DNA of 64,000 nucleotides from Octopus sinensis (Eukaryota): NCBI RefSeq assembly GCF_006345805.1, contig NC_043026.1, positions 372,001 to 436,000 of the forward strand, read 5' to 3'. Shown piece by piece: positions 51,768 to 64,000 of this stretch (position 1 is its first letter; each line of letters starts with the position of its first letter). The notes under the pieces were generated by a model. It saw only the letters and a program-made list of their open reading frames with translations, ran no database searches and was not told where the DNA came from. The position numbers and the translations under genes were made by a program.

Positions 51768-52956
51768 CGTTTACTCGATACAACAATTGAAAGAGCGCAA
51801 GATTGGCGTTTGCACGAGCAATCACCCTCGTTTCAACTGTTGTCACACACCAACACACTCTAATCTTAACTGCAATATATCCTAGCCATAACACGTACCC
51901 GAACACACAAAATGCGATGTGATAGAAAACACACTTACTTTCAGTGAGGTAGGGCGGAGAGCGTACACTTCAGGTGGTTCTGTAAGGACTTCTTGTAAGG
52001 ATGGTTCGTGAATGTCACAACTTTTTCCCTGCTCCCCTTACTGTCTTTTCCCGTCAATATTACCCTCTGTTACCCACAGTTGTGTCTTCAGATGTCTGAA
52101 CACTTCGTAACTGTCAGTACTGGCCACTGCTTTCTCTCCTAATTTCTCTTATCAGTATTACTTACAGACTTAGACCTGCCCATAAATAATCAAACCGTAT
52201 ACTGTCCATAAATGAGCAAAACAGAGAACCATCAACTCAGTTCAAGACTGTTTACTAATATGACTGTTTCTCCACAGAAGTGATATTAAACCAGATTTTC
52301 CAATATGTCTCCTTTGATTGCTATGAAGAATAAAAGGGCCTTCAATAGAGACATGCGTTTCACTAAGCTCGCAGAAAATACGGCTGTGTGGTTACTGACG
52401 TCGTTCCGATGTTAGCAGTAAGGCTGTTGCGCTGTTTGTGATAGTGACGTTGTAGTTTTAATACCTGGTGATAGCGTGATGTGATGTTGGTGTTTCTGTG
52501 AGTGGAGATATAAAAGCAGAACAATTGAGGTCGCTATACCGAAGACTTTCATTATAGGAAATCATTGAAATCAATCACCGTGGATGATGGAACAAGAACA
52601 TAGTCCTGACCTGTGTACACTCTTAATTACAACCATTGATAGTTCAAGTGTCAATAGATAATTTTCTTCATTTCATTACAAATAAACACGCAAACAGTTA
52701 CAGACATCGAAGCATAACACGAACAGTTCTCACCAGTTTCACTCTGCATGTTTTTACATGTATCTTAGGAATTAACGGTCCTTTATTATAAGGTAATCTA
52801 TCTATCTATCTATCTATTGCTTTATCAATCTATCTATCTATCTATCTATCTACTATCTATCTATCTATCTAGTTCTCTATCTATCTATTGCTTTATCAAT
52901 CTATCTACTATCTATCTATCTACCTATCTTTCTATCTATCTATCTAACTACTATCT

Positions 52957-54006
52957 ATGTGTGGGTGGCTGAATATGGGCGTGCATTGTCTTACAATAAT
53001 AGACATCGGCGTTTGTTATGAATTGCTGGTTTCCCTTTGTTAACCAACATTTCACAGTAGACCCCTTTTAAGGGACAATGTTGCAATATAGACCTTTTTG
53101 CATCCCGCAAAACGCTTAGCATCACGTTTTTCTGCCGAAGGTTGAATCTTGAATTTCTTTTCCACTGGTGATTCGTGTCGTTTCCGCTTCATACTAAACC
53201 TTTTGGATTCTGGCTCAAAGTTATGGGCCCCGATTTCATCAATCGTGTCTACGCTCCCTCAAAACAACTTTAGTTTCATCGCTGAAGCGTTCGAGTAAGA
53301 ATTGACAAAGATCCACACGATTGCGCTTATTCACATCGAAACGCTCTCTTGGCGCCCTTCTCGTACTAACTCCGCAGAACCGAAGCTTGTCGCGGATGCA
53401 GAACCATAATAATTTGCAGAGAATAAGCCATCTCATCAATGGACAATCCTTGGTTCACCAGAAGCATTTCCCTAAATTGTTGCATCTCCACGTCACTGGT
53501 GATGGTTAATGTCTGTCCTTGTTTGTCCCCTCTGTGTTTAGCCCCTTGTGGGTAATAAAGAAATAGGTTAATGGGTGTTCTTATCACTCCTTGTATTTCA
53601 CGCTTGTCCGGACATTTAAAACTTCTCGCTCTTCTCGTAAATACTTCTACGCAGTAGAGCCATGTTCCTTTATTGTATTGAAAGCCTGCGAAGAATAGCA
53701 GCCCCTGACACACATTCAGATTAGAGAAGCAGTTTCACTGATCCATATTTTCCCTTGGTGTACACTTCCAGTAGAGCTGCCACGTTTGTTCTGTAACACA
53801 AGAATGGAAACTGGAGAGAGATCAAAGTGAAACGTCGGTCACGAAATCAGAAGAGTACCACCCTTTAACACGCCACTGATGAAACGAGAGCCACCAACCG
53901 AAAGACTGTTTCTGCGAAACGCCGGATATTGTTTTACTTTCCTTTGTATAATTAGTATCATTGTTCTGATCTATTTGATTTGCTGAAAGCTTTCCCCCAC
54001 ATCCTC
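52957..54006 (-). mobile_element. Mariner relic, duplicate, with a private 54-bp SINE-tail insertion
   Basis: Insert at 53512-53565 flanked by GGTTAATG TSD. Confidence 0.8.
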
Positions 54007-54398
54007 TTTCTTTACTACCCACAAGGGATTAAACACAGAAGGGACAAACAAGGACAGACAAATGGATTAAGTCGATTATATCGACCCCAGTGCGTAACTT
54101 GTACTTAATTTATCGACCCTGAAAGAATGAAAGGCAAAGTGGGACTCGGCGGAATTTGAACTCAGAACGTAGCAGCAGACGAAATACCTCTTTCTTTACT
54201 AACCACAAGGGGCTAAACATAGAGGGGACAAACAAGGACAGACAAACGGATTAAGTCGATTATATCGACCCCAGTGCGTAATTGATACTTATTTAATCGA
54301 ACCCGAAAGGATTAAAGGTAAAGTCGACCTCGGCGGAATTTGAACTCAGACGAAATACTGCTAAGGGTTTCGCACGTCGTGCTAACGTTTCTGCCAGC
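54007..54398 (-). mobile_element. SINE family A dimer
   Basis: Homology to 25826-26056. Confidence 0.8.
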
Positions 54399-54894
54399 TT
54401 TCCCCAACATCAGAGAGATAAAACCTCATATATCTACACAAAGGCACAACGCATGCACGTACGCATGGGTGCGCATGCACGTATATACGCGCACGCCCGC
54501 ACACACACACACACACACACACATCTCTTTTACATATAGTCTGGACAGTCATGAACTGGAACAACAACAACAGCTCTCAGAAAGAGAGAAAGAGAATCAC
54601 AACTCAAAAGACAGATATTGGATACAATATTTAGATGGATTCTTTATTAACAGGTAAAACGTGACTTATGTGCATCACCAGTGGTGGTCAGCTGGATTGG
54701 GTGAATGGTAACAACAACAACAGCTGGAATGAGAGAAAGAGAATCACAACTCAAAAGACCGATGTTGGATGGAATATTTGTGTGGATTCTTTATTAAAAG
54801 GTAAAACGTGACTTATGTGGATCACCAGTGGTGGTCAACTGGATTGGATGGACGTTAACAACATCAATAGTATCAATGGATATCATATGCTGGG

Positions 54895-57555
54895 TTAGTT
54901 CTGCTGCCTCAGGCGGATGAATATGGCCATGGAGTCTGCTAATGCATAACCTGCAAGTAACAAATAACGACATCAACAACAAAAAGACATTCAAATATAT
55001 CATGGGAAGGCTTTATACGTGGTCATTCGAATTACTAGAAATAACAGTCGATTCTCGGTCAGAATGCTTTTATTCATAAATCAGCTCAATCAAGCTTATT
55101 GGTTCCTGAACAATAAGTACAAAATTAACATTTAGTACTACTACTCACAGTAAGACACACACCCACACACACACACACACACGCACACACACACACACAC
55201 ACACACGCAGAATATACAATATCACTTACTGTTGTTCCATATGACTTTCGATTTTGTATCAGAATAACGAATTGAAGGGTAGTGATCTGTCTCTTCGTAC
55301 TGACAGTCAATGGTCCCTCATTGATGGTCAACCAGCCTCTGTCCCCTTCACAAAAACCATGTAATGTTATATAGAAGCGACGTACATGTCTAAGGAGAAA
55401 AAGAAAAAAAAAACTTGTTTGGGTTTCAGAATGTGAAAATCTAAACATCTATTAAATAGACTAGTATGTCCGCTACACGCAATTGAATTAGTCAGTGTTT
55501 AATTAAAAATAGCCATCTGTGTATCATACTAAATGTGTATACACACAAAGATGTGGGTTTAAACACTCACACACATAAAAACACACATATGCACTGAAAC
55601 ACGCACACACACACGTACGCACACACACACACATACACACACACACACACACATGCTCACACAAACACGCGGAAATGCGCAAATGTCAATACACCAACAA
55701 AGGCGAAATTACACACGAGGCAAACACTTTGGTACAAAAATAAATAAATCCACAAACGGCCACAAATATACGAGCGATAACATTTTCCTGTATTAAACAT
55801 CTTATCAAAGCGCTAAATAAATATAAAATGAATTCTAGTCAAAAGAAATAATATAACGGAACATAAAAATATCTAAACCCAACACTTACAAGTAAATATA
55901 ATTATGGTAAAGTGGCTGTGTGGTAAGTAGCTTGCTTACCAACAACATCCTTCCGGGTTCAGTCCTACTGTGTAGCACCTTGGGCAAGTGTCTTCTACTA
56001 TAGCCTCGGGCCGACCAAAGCCTTGTGAGTGGATCTGGTAGAGGGAAACTGAAAAAAGCCCGTCGTATATATGTATATATGTGTGTGTGCGTGTGTGTAT
56101 GTATGTGTGTGTATGAGAATATTTGTGTGTGTGTATTTGTGTGTGTGTGTGTGTGTGTGTCTGTCTGTCTGTCTGTGTGTGTCTGTGTTTGTCGCCCCAA
56201 CATGCCTTGACAACGGTAACCTAGCGGTTCGGCAAAAGAAACCGATCGAATTAGTACTACGCTTACAAAAAATAAGCCCTGGGGTCGATTTGCTCGACTA
56301 AAGGCAGTGCTCCAGCATGGCCACAGTCAAATGACTGAAACAAGTAAATGAGCACATTAAGGTGAAAATATATTTTCGTGTTTCCCACTTTGAAACATGC
56401 TTCTTGATGTGAAATCCAGGAAACTGAGCTGTTTGTCACGGGAAAACATTTAATTTAAAAGTGTGTTGTTAAAAATACGGAAATATATTAGCAACAGAGA
56501 AATAACCTTTTCCAGCGGCGGTGGAATTGCTAGGAGGAAATACAACCGAGTTTCGTGGTCTGCTACCACAACACCTCCTATGTAGGATCCATTAGCTCAA
56601 GACATCATCAGGAGGAACCACGTTCGGTTTCGGCCCCTACTCCTCTACCGTTTTGACGTGGCGGGATCCCCCCGCCCTTTCGGGAATGTCTTCAGCTCTG
56701 ATGTTGTGTGCATGTCTTCTTTCTTCTGTTCCCGGGCCTCTTCGATGTATCGTCAGCGAGTGTCAGCCGGTGACCGACAGACTTGTCAAAATTCTCCCTT
56801 TAAATACCTGCCACGAGACTCCAGCAGGCAGCCGCAGCAAGTTGTCACGTGACCCTGTCTCACCTTAACTGAGTAGTGAAGGCGCGTAGTTTTAGCCAGC
56901 GCATTCTCTAAACGACCGTCACCTGTCAGTCAGCGAAGCTGATCCAGTGTCAGCTTGTCTCACCTAATGATGTTATTTCCCGCCGGCATGTTATGACTTT
57001 CAAGACATTTTCGGTCTTCCCGCTGTACGTATTCCTGTTTCTTTCAAAACTTCAATATGAAGTAGTCATTGACATCCGCATGCGCAGACCTATTTAGCCT
57101 CGGTTTAGAAAAACAGTGATTAACAATTCACCTGCGTTGCTGTTAGTCAAGAGGCAGAATATATTTCATTATTACGGACGGAAGCAGTATTAGTTCAAAT
57201 TTGCATTCTGTATATTATAATAAATGAAGATATAATGTTGAAAGCCTAGAGATGCGTTTTTCATCCCCAGAAAGTGTCGCGTCGAAATGTATAGTGTTAA
57301 AATTTATCTATAGCGTACGTAAAGTGACTTTTTTAACATTATAGGTCTGTACATAACAAAATAAAAGAAGATGAAATAAATATTTGCATACCCAAATCCC
57401 TCAATTGATAATTGAACTCCGGTGGCTGAAGCTAGGTCGTTCCACGGTGAATTTTTCAACTTTTCGTGAGAGAACCAGCTTTGAAGGGTTGTATTTCGTC
57501 CATCAAATATTATAGTTACCACATCTGTTTTGTTTTTATAAATCACCAGTTTCAC
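54895..57555 (-). pseudogene. G4: 5'-truncated paralog (exons 3-5 only)
   Basis: Exon 3 at 57555-57392 is open. Exon 4 at 55389-55230 is 160 nt (1-bp deletion, frameshift). Exon 5 is at 54950-54895. Homology to intron 2 stops at ~59185, and no exon 1 or 2 is seen before the gap. Confidence 0.8.
56434..56854 (-). mobile_element. Probable solo LTR copy in G4 intron 3
   Basis: Homologous to 11240-11661. Confidence 0.55.
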
Positions 57556-59083
57556 CTGTAAAATAAATGAGCATGTAGCACACACATACAACCACATACG
57601 CTTACAACCACGCACGCACATACACACATAATAAAAATAAATGGATCAAGTTAAATAGATCGAGGTAATTCAATATGTATTTCCTTCACTGTTAGCTTAA
57701 TGTCCACTCTCATTTTTACTTCGTAATTCTCTTGACCGAAATTAATCTGTTTAACATGCGAAATTAATGACTTTGATTGGTCACTCGCTCCATACGTATG
57801 TTTTTTTTTCCTGCCTTTAACCCTCCAACGCGGAGTATAGGCCACTTAGAGTTGAATTCCATGTCGCATAATTTTTCACTTCTGTACTTATATTCTGCCA
57901 TGAATGTCCCCCTTTCTCTAGTTCCTTCTGTGTTGATCTACGCCATGAGTCTTAGGCCTACCTTTCTTTCTATATCCATCCGGATTACACTGTAAAGCAC
58001 TTTTCGCTATATTTGGTGTGTCTTTTATAATTGTGCTACGAATCTACTACCACTTTTTCTTAAATATTTACTCCCTAATCGAAAATTTATTTGTTCTTTG
58101 CCATAGCTCCATATTGCTTGTGTGTTCGGGTCATCTAATTTTAAGTATACTACGCAAGCATCTGTTGATGAATGATTGTATTTGCTGATTTGGCGTATCT
58201 TGCTATCTCTAAATGAATCATATAATATAATTAATTACACTTCACTCATATGCTACCATGATACTATCTGGTATATATCACTTAACCTTCAATACAGTAT
58301 GACCTCGGAGTTATCCCAGTTACCTGACTAGCTTCTACTAGAAGGATGCCCTAACAAATGCTAGAAGTCCTTCACTCCCAATCGTTTAACCGCGTGATCG
58401 GGTATTCAGTCCGATTATTTCTATGTCCTCGCGCTTGATACATCCTTAATACATTTATTCGATGGCCATTGACTCTCAAGAGTTCCTCCGCCCTTTCACG
58501 GGTTTTGTTATTCATCCCGCATGGTGTCCAATAAACACCCTCCTCACAAAGCAAGCTTGGTGGGGTTGCCGGTTTAGTCGCAGACGGCCCGACTATGCAA
58601 CAGGCTGTACTCGGTTACATGTTACCAGTAGCACTCGAAAGTGACCTGACATACATACATACATACATAAATACAAACGTGCACACATGCATATATTCAT
58701 ACAAACGTACACACATGCATACACACACATATATGTATATATACATGCATACACATATATGGATACACACATACATACATGTATGCATATATACATACGT
58801 ATGTGTATACACATGCACACTAACGCACGCACATGCGCACAAACAAACAGAAAGAACGCAGCCCTGATAACGGACAGGCTCAATGACTTTTGAAAGACGT
58901 AACGGAAAATTTTAGAAAAAATAAGTAAATGAGTGGAAATCGAACCGGTGCGTGTGTTAACTAATAAGGCACTAAAAAGAGAATGACTCTCCCCAGATAC
59001 AATAAACTGTGCTTTAACACACGAATTCACATAAAGAATAACCAAATACTAAAACCATATCTTTCTATCTATCTATCTACTTG

Positions 59084-59159
<76 letters not shown>

Positions 59160-59187
59160 ACTATCTATCTATCTGTCTATCTATCTC

Positions 59188-59244
<57 letters not shown>

Positions 59245-59990
59245 CAGGGTATCCCCAAATCAGGGCAAACAAATTTTTCACTATTTCCATAGCAAGATAT
59301 TTATATATTTCGGGACTGAGTGTGGCAATGCAATGGAAAATGAAACACATTTACGATATCATAACATTTATTCGATATGACCACCTTTGTTTCGAATCAC
59401 AACCTTAAATCTAGGTTTGAATTGCTTCACACGGGCACAATTTTGCTTTCAGGGTGCCGAGAGAAACATGAGAAGTGCTCGAGAGCCTCGGATCCCAAAT
59501 GGACCAAACAGAAAAACTCCAACGAGTTGGCATCGGAGCTTCTTGAGGTCCATACATCCTTGCTTATGAAAGACTGAATGCTTTCTGAATCGAGAGATGT
59601 GTCTGCTCGGAGCTGTGGAACTGTGGTGATTCCTGCTGGAGTCTCGAAGTTGCCCCTTGAAAGTGCTCATCAGCCCATAGAAACGGTTCAGCTACCTGAA
59701 TGTCGCTAATGTATTGCTGGGAATTCGTTTCAACATCCGAGATCACAAAAACGGGAGGTGACCTTCCAGTAGCTGTCACAACAGTCCAAACCTCAAGTGA
59801 CAGTGGATTTGGACGTCGATTTACGGGTCTAATCTCGATAGAGCCAGATACACTCTAAGGTCGGTCATTCTGGTTGTTTACTGTCTGTTCGACGCCAAAT
59901 CCCTTTTCATCTGCACGCGTGCATTCAGCAATCTGACGCAGGATGAGATGATTTCTCTCCTGTCTCGAATTCTCTTGCGTCGGTTCATAA
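59245..59990 (-). mobile_element. Decayed Tc1/mariner-superfamily (maT/DD37D-like) transposon
   Basis: Minus-strand fragments ADEKGF…EVWTVVTATGRSPPVFV…NSQQYISDI…LQQESP…ISKDVWTSRSSDANSLEF (WP.SPDLNP.D-like). The end begins CAGGGT (TIR-like). Confidence 0.7.
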
Positions 59991-60098
59991 ATTTATAAAA
60001 AAAACATTCCAGACGTTCAAGCTTTTAATAATTGAATTCTTTATTAACCTTTACATATCTAATTACTAAGCAGCTTTCTCCATTATCATATAGGTTCG

Positions 60099-60134
<36 letters not shown>

Positions 60135-60479
60135 CATACGTACATACATACATACATACATACATACATACATACATACTACACATACATACACATACAT
60201 ACATACATACATACATACATACTATGTCTACTATACATCATCTTGTATTTCCTCAATGATCTATTCTTCACGCCTTGGCTTCTGCTCCAAAAACCAGGAC
60301 ATAAAAACAAGCGAACAGCATATATTCTTACTGAAAAATCAAGTTAGATTGTATACCAAGGATGAAAACCAGTCGCATGTCTGGGTTCTGTTGGAAAAAG
60401 TTCTCCAGAAACAATTTTTTTATTAAAGAAAAAACATTTCCGCCTCATAATTCTGTACACCTGTCTAACTAAATGTTTA

Positions 60480-60760
60480 CAAATCGCAACGTATTCTGAC
60501 ACTGTTTTACCTCCACTATTTCCACAGACTTTGCTCTGATGAAATTTCTTGTCTAGTAACTCCTCTCAAAACCTTCAAACGTGACCCCCATTTCTCTTTT
60601 AAAGACGCATCGTTTCCCTGTTGAGCTTCCTGTCAGTCTTAAGTGCTTTTATTCCCACAGTTTCTTTCCTCAAAACTACTGCTCTCTCGAACTCACTAAA
60701 TCGTCTTCGTTTCCTTTGCTCTTGATATTCGGTCCATTAAGCTTTGTCGATCAACCGGTT
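60480..60760 (+). mobile_element. CR1/Jockey-group LINE 3' fragment
   Basis: YFHRLCSDEISCLVTPLKTFKR…HRFPVELP…SHSFFP (cf. SFFPRT…WNSL). Confidence 0.5.
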
Positions 60761-61589
60761 TTGAATATGTGGGCTCCTTTCCTTTCCTTCTTCGTAGTCC
60801 CTTGTACTACACTGGTCTCAAACCTTGCTTGGGACACAATCGTATAAAAATACATCATGTGGTCTATGTAAGATACAGAAACGAGCTGGATTCGAACTTG
60901 AAACTTTTACTGCTATATATATATATAATTAATGCTACATTTCTGTTGTTTTTCAATCTATTTAAGCTTCAATAAATGCAACCATGTATTGAACCTATGA
61001 CAGCACTGATTCTCCTGACTGCTGAGTTTAATCGAACTTATCGATTTAAGCATCGAAATTTTTTTTGCTGCCCAAACATGAATCTCTGTAACTGAGTGCG
61101 AATTGTATTAACAGTAAACAACATAAGAATGAATTCAACCAACCAACCTCATCTGGTGACTGTCAGTCGATATATAAGCACGAACCTCTTAGACGTAATA
61201 CTGTCAGCTTGAACTAAATTAATTTACTGAACTGATTTTTTGCTCTAACATTTTCATTTATCAATATTGTTTCATATCTCGCTCGCGTGCCGACACACCA
61301 TTAGATATTATACACCATTACAAATCGTACAACATATTTATTAGCTTTTAAGCGATGTGTTGAATGTGGCTTAAAACTGAGCAACATGTCTACAAAATCC
61401 ATACCCGCTCGTGGCTTCTTTTCAATCTTGTCATTTTCCAAATGATTTTCTGTTAATATTTAATGTTTTCCATTACTTACAAGAGTTGTGTTTCCTAGGG
61501 CAACGAAAAGACAACAAAATTCAGTATAGAAAATAATTTATATTACAACAAATACATATATACATACATTCGTACTTATATACACATAC

Positions 61590-61800
61590 ATATGTGACCA
61601 CGTGTGTACCGTTGGCGATTTTTTTTCCTCTGTCTTCCCTTCTCTGGATCTTTCCTTCTCCTATGCTTCCGACGAAGAGCTCCGCTTGAAACGTTAAACC
61701 CTCCTTCTTCCCTTCTTTCCTGAGCGTCCAATAATACTATATTTGTTCCACGTCCTCGCGTTGTTGTGTTTTTTTGTGTTTTCTTGTTTGGATTAACTAT
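61590..61800 (+). mobile_element. Penelope-like terminus with degenerate hammerhead (61665-61699)
   Basis: CCGACGA-AGAGC-UCC-GCUU-GAAACGUU; ends in (TA)n. Confidence 0.5.
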
Positions 61801-61916
61801 ATATATACATATATATATTTATAATAATAATAATAATAATAATATTAGGGAGTAAATCCAAACTTACAGGGAAAAAAATTAGATTTAGAATTAAATTCTA
61901 ATTTTACAGTAAAAGT

Positions 61917-62295
61917 ATATATATTAAATTAGAGATAAAACCACTATTAGGCAAATCAATCAGTGAAAAACATAAACCAAAACAGAGAAATAAAATTAAT
62001 TAATATAACATATATAAAATATAAAATTCAAATTTATATTTAAAATTGAAAATTAAAAAAAACTTTTTGTAATTATTAATTTATACTTATAAATATATAA
62101 ATAAAAATTTATAAATTTATAAGTATAAATTAATAATTAAATTTCTTTTTAAATTTTTAATTTTAAATTGAAATAATTTAATTTTGAATTTTATATTTTA
62201 TATATTTTATATTAATTAATTTATTTCTATGTTTAGGTTTATGTTTTTCACTGTTTGATTTGCCTAATAGTTGTTTTATCTCTAATTTAATATAT
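61917..62295. repeat. AT-rich imperfect palindrome (~180-bp arms)
   Basis: ATATTAAATTAGAGATAAAACCACTATTAGGCAAATCA… at 61921 is the near reverse complement of …TGATTTGCCTAATAGTTGTTTTATCTCTAATTTAATAT ending at ~62293. Centre at ~62105. Confidence 0.85.
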
Positions 62296-62319
62296 AGATT
62301 TATATATATATACATATAC

Positions 62320-62393
<74 letters not shown>

Positions 62394-62915
62394 TATATAT
62401 ATATCTGCGTCACATCAAACGCACCAACAGCACTGACACAACCAACAAGAATATCGAACACATCCCATCGAATGTGCATTTAGATATCTAATGTGCTCAG
62501 TGAAGTGTGACTGTTCGTATTCATGTGAGACACTAGTTTAGTTCTGTGTGGGTGAAAGCATTACTTGATTAATGACCAGTGTTGCTCTCATTGTGTATGT
62601 TATTGACCATTGTACAGAGTTGTCGTATCTGCTGATACTGGTGACAGAAGCGAGCAGTGCTGCTATCAGTGAACAGTTCGAAAACCTTCGCTCCGGTTTC
62701 ACTTGTAGAGACAGTGGTAATATTGTCATCTGTAGGAACTCTGGATTGATATCTGGAGACAGTGCCTACCTGCGTGGTAATTCTGGAAGCAGAAGATAAT
62801 ATTCCTTCTACTATAAACACAAGGTCTGAAATTTTGTAGGAAAGGACTAGTTGATCATATGAACCCCACTGCTCAGCTACTACTTGTTTTATTGAGCCTG
62901 AAAGGAAAAAAGGAT

Positions 62916-63015
62916 NNNNNNNNNNNNNNNNNNNNNNNNNNNNNNNNNNNNNNNNNNNNNNNNNNNNNNNNNNNNNNNNNNNNNNNNNNNNNNNNNNNNN
63001 NNNNNNNNNNNNNNN
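62916..63015. other. Assembly gap (100 N)
   Basis: Run of exactly 100 N; true size unknown. Confidence 0.99.
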
Positions 63016-63087
63016 GCGTGCGTAAAGTGCTTTTGGTATATTACGTTTCTATAAAAAAAGGAATAGAAAAATATATTTAGAACATAC

Positions 63088-63251
63088 AAAAATCCTTTCA
63101 TTGAGAAATAATGTGGAGCGGTTGAAGATAGGTCATCCCATGGAGAGCTTTTCAAATTTGCATGAGAGAACCAGCTTTCAAGATTTGAATTTCGTCCATC
63201 GAAAATCATAGTCACAACAGGTGTTTGGTTTTTATAAATCACCAGTTTCAC
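63088..63251 (-). CDS. Exon 3 of a more divergent paralog (G5); rest of the gene is outside the window or in the gap
   Basis: 164 nt, TTTCAG| acceptor, |GTATGT donor, open. Encodes VKLVIYKNQTPVVTMIFDGRNSNLESWFSHANLKSSPWDDLSSTAPHYFSMKGF. Confidence 0.75.
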
Positions 63252-63451
63252 CTGAAAGATAAAAGCAAACATATAACAGACACGCGCTCGCGCACGCACG
63301 AACACATACCTCCCACCCAAAAAAAAAGCAAACAGACACAGAAAAATAAAATTTATTGATGGCTGTTAGTCTAATGTCCAGTCCACATTTAACTCATCAT
63401 TTCTTTGACTGCAAGGAATTAATAACATCTGTGCGTTTATATGTAGTAATG

Positions 63452-63483
<32 letters not shown>

Positions 63484-63497
63484 CTATATCTATATAT

Positions 63498-63584
<87 letters not shown>

Positions 63585-63712
63585 TATACATATATATATA
63601 TATGATATATATATATATATATATATACATATACATACATACACATATACGCACACACCACACACGCATAACATATACACACACACCACCATATATATAT
63701 ATCTATATATAG

Positions 63713-63744
<32 letters not shown>

Positions 63745-63746
63745 TA
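63452..63746. repeat. (TA)n-rich microsatellite
   Basis: Direct inspection. Confidence 0.95.
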
Positions 63747-64000
63747 CACGAACAACAACGCTCCCCCCCGTCCAATGGACATGCCGAGTTGTCAACATTT
63801 TAAACCAAATTTTCTCAAAAGAACTTGTCTGACCGTCCCATGGGCCTCCCCTTTGAGAAACTGATTTAACCTAAATTTGAGGGCACCAGCAAAAGAAGAA
63901 ACAATGAATTTTTTTTTCTCTATCGTTTTTCTTTGGAAGAAAAACGATTTTATTCACACAAATAAGCAACCGAAGAGTTTAAATTACAGTATGATAAGGC

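Larger units (their letters stand above)
39716..58557. repeat. Inverted duplication, tail-to-tail G3/G4 (arms ~39716-46965 and ~51705-58557, ~4.7-kb spacer)
   Basis: Intron 2 3' part, exons 3-5 and the 3' flank are mirrored. Confidence 0.9.
45361..59185 (+). repeat. ~14-kb direct segmental duplication, copy 2
   Basis: Colinear with 1-13990. Confidence 0.9.

Noticed and set aside
205-63782. Dozens of ORFs rich in IYLS, YIYI, HTHT, CVCV or poly-N/I
   Set aside because: They are translations of (GATA)n, (TA)n, (CA)n and (AAT)n microsatellites, not genes.

Overview
Eukaryotic, AT-rich, microsatellite-dense DNA. The tRNA-derived SINE families look like those of Octopus/coleoid cephalopods (inference from recalled repeat sequence, not a search). 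The window is mostly a cluster of multi-kb direct and inverted segmental duplications of one five-exon gene (GT-AG introns, phases 1/0/2/1). The gene encodes a secreted ~296-aa protein: signal peptide, a degenerate PAN/Apple-like module, and a ~185-aa C-terminal domain I cannot name. One copy is intact (G3, + 32553-43705). Two full-length copies are disabled (G1 - 9710-15901; G2 + 21959-27625), one is 5'-truncated (G4 - 54895-57555), and there are several orphan exons plus a divergent paralog exon beyond a 100-N gap. Exon 4 differences between copies are clustered, mostly non-synonymous and mosaic. TE content includes two SINE families, mariner and maT-like transposase relics, RTE, R4-like, CR1-like and Gypsy fragments, HINE-like elements, and a solo LTR that twice carries an ORF1-only zinc-knuckle retroelement inserted at its predicted transcription start. 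Penelope-type termini with minimal hammerhead ribozyme motifs are also present, one of them well formed and sense inside an intron of the intact gene. Most ORFs in the supplied track are microsatellite or repeat artefacts. Exon coordinates were read by hand; repeat boundaries are approximate.
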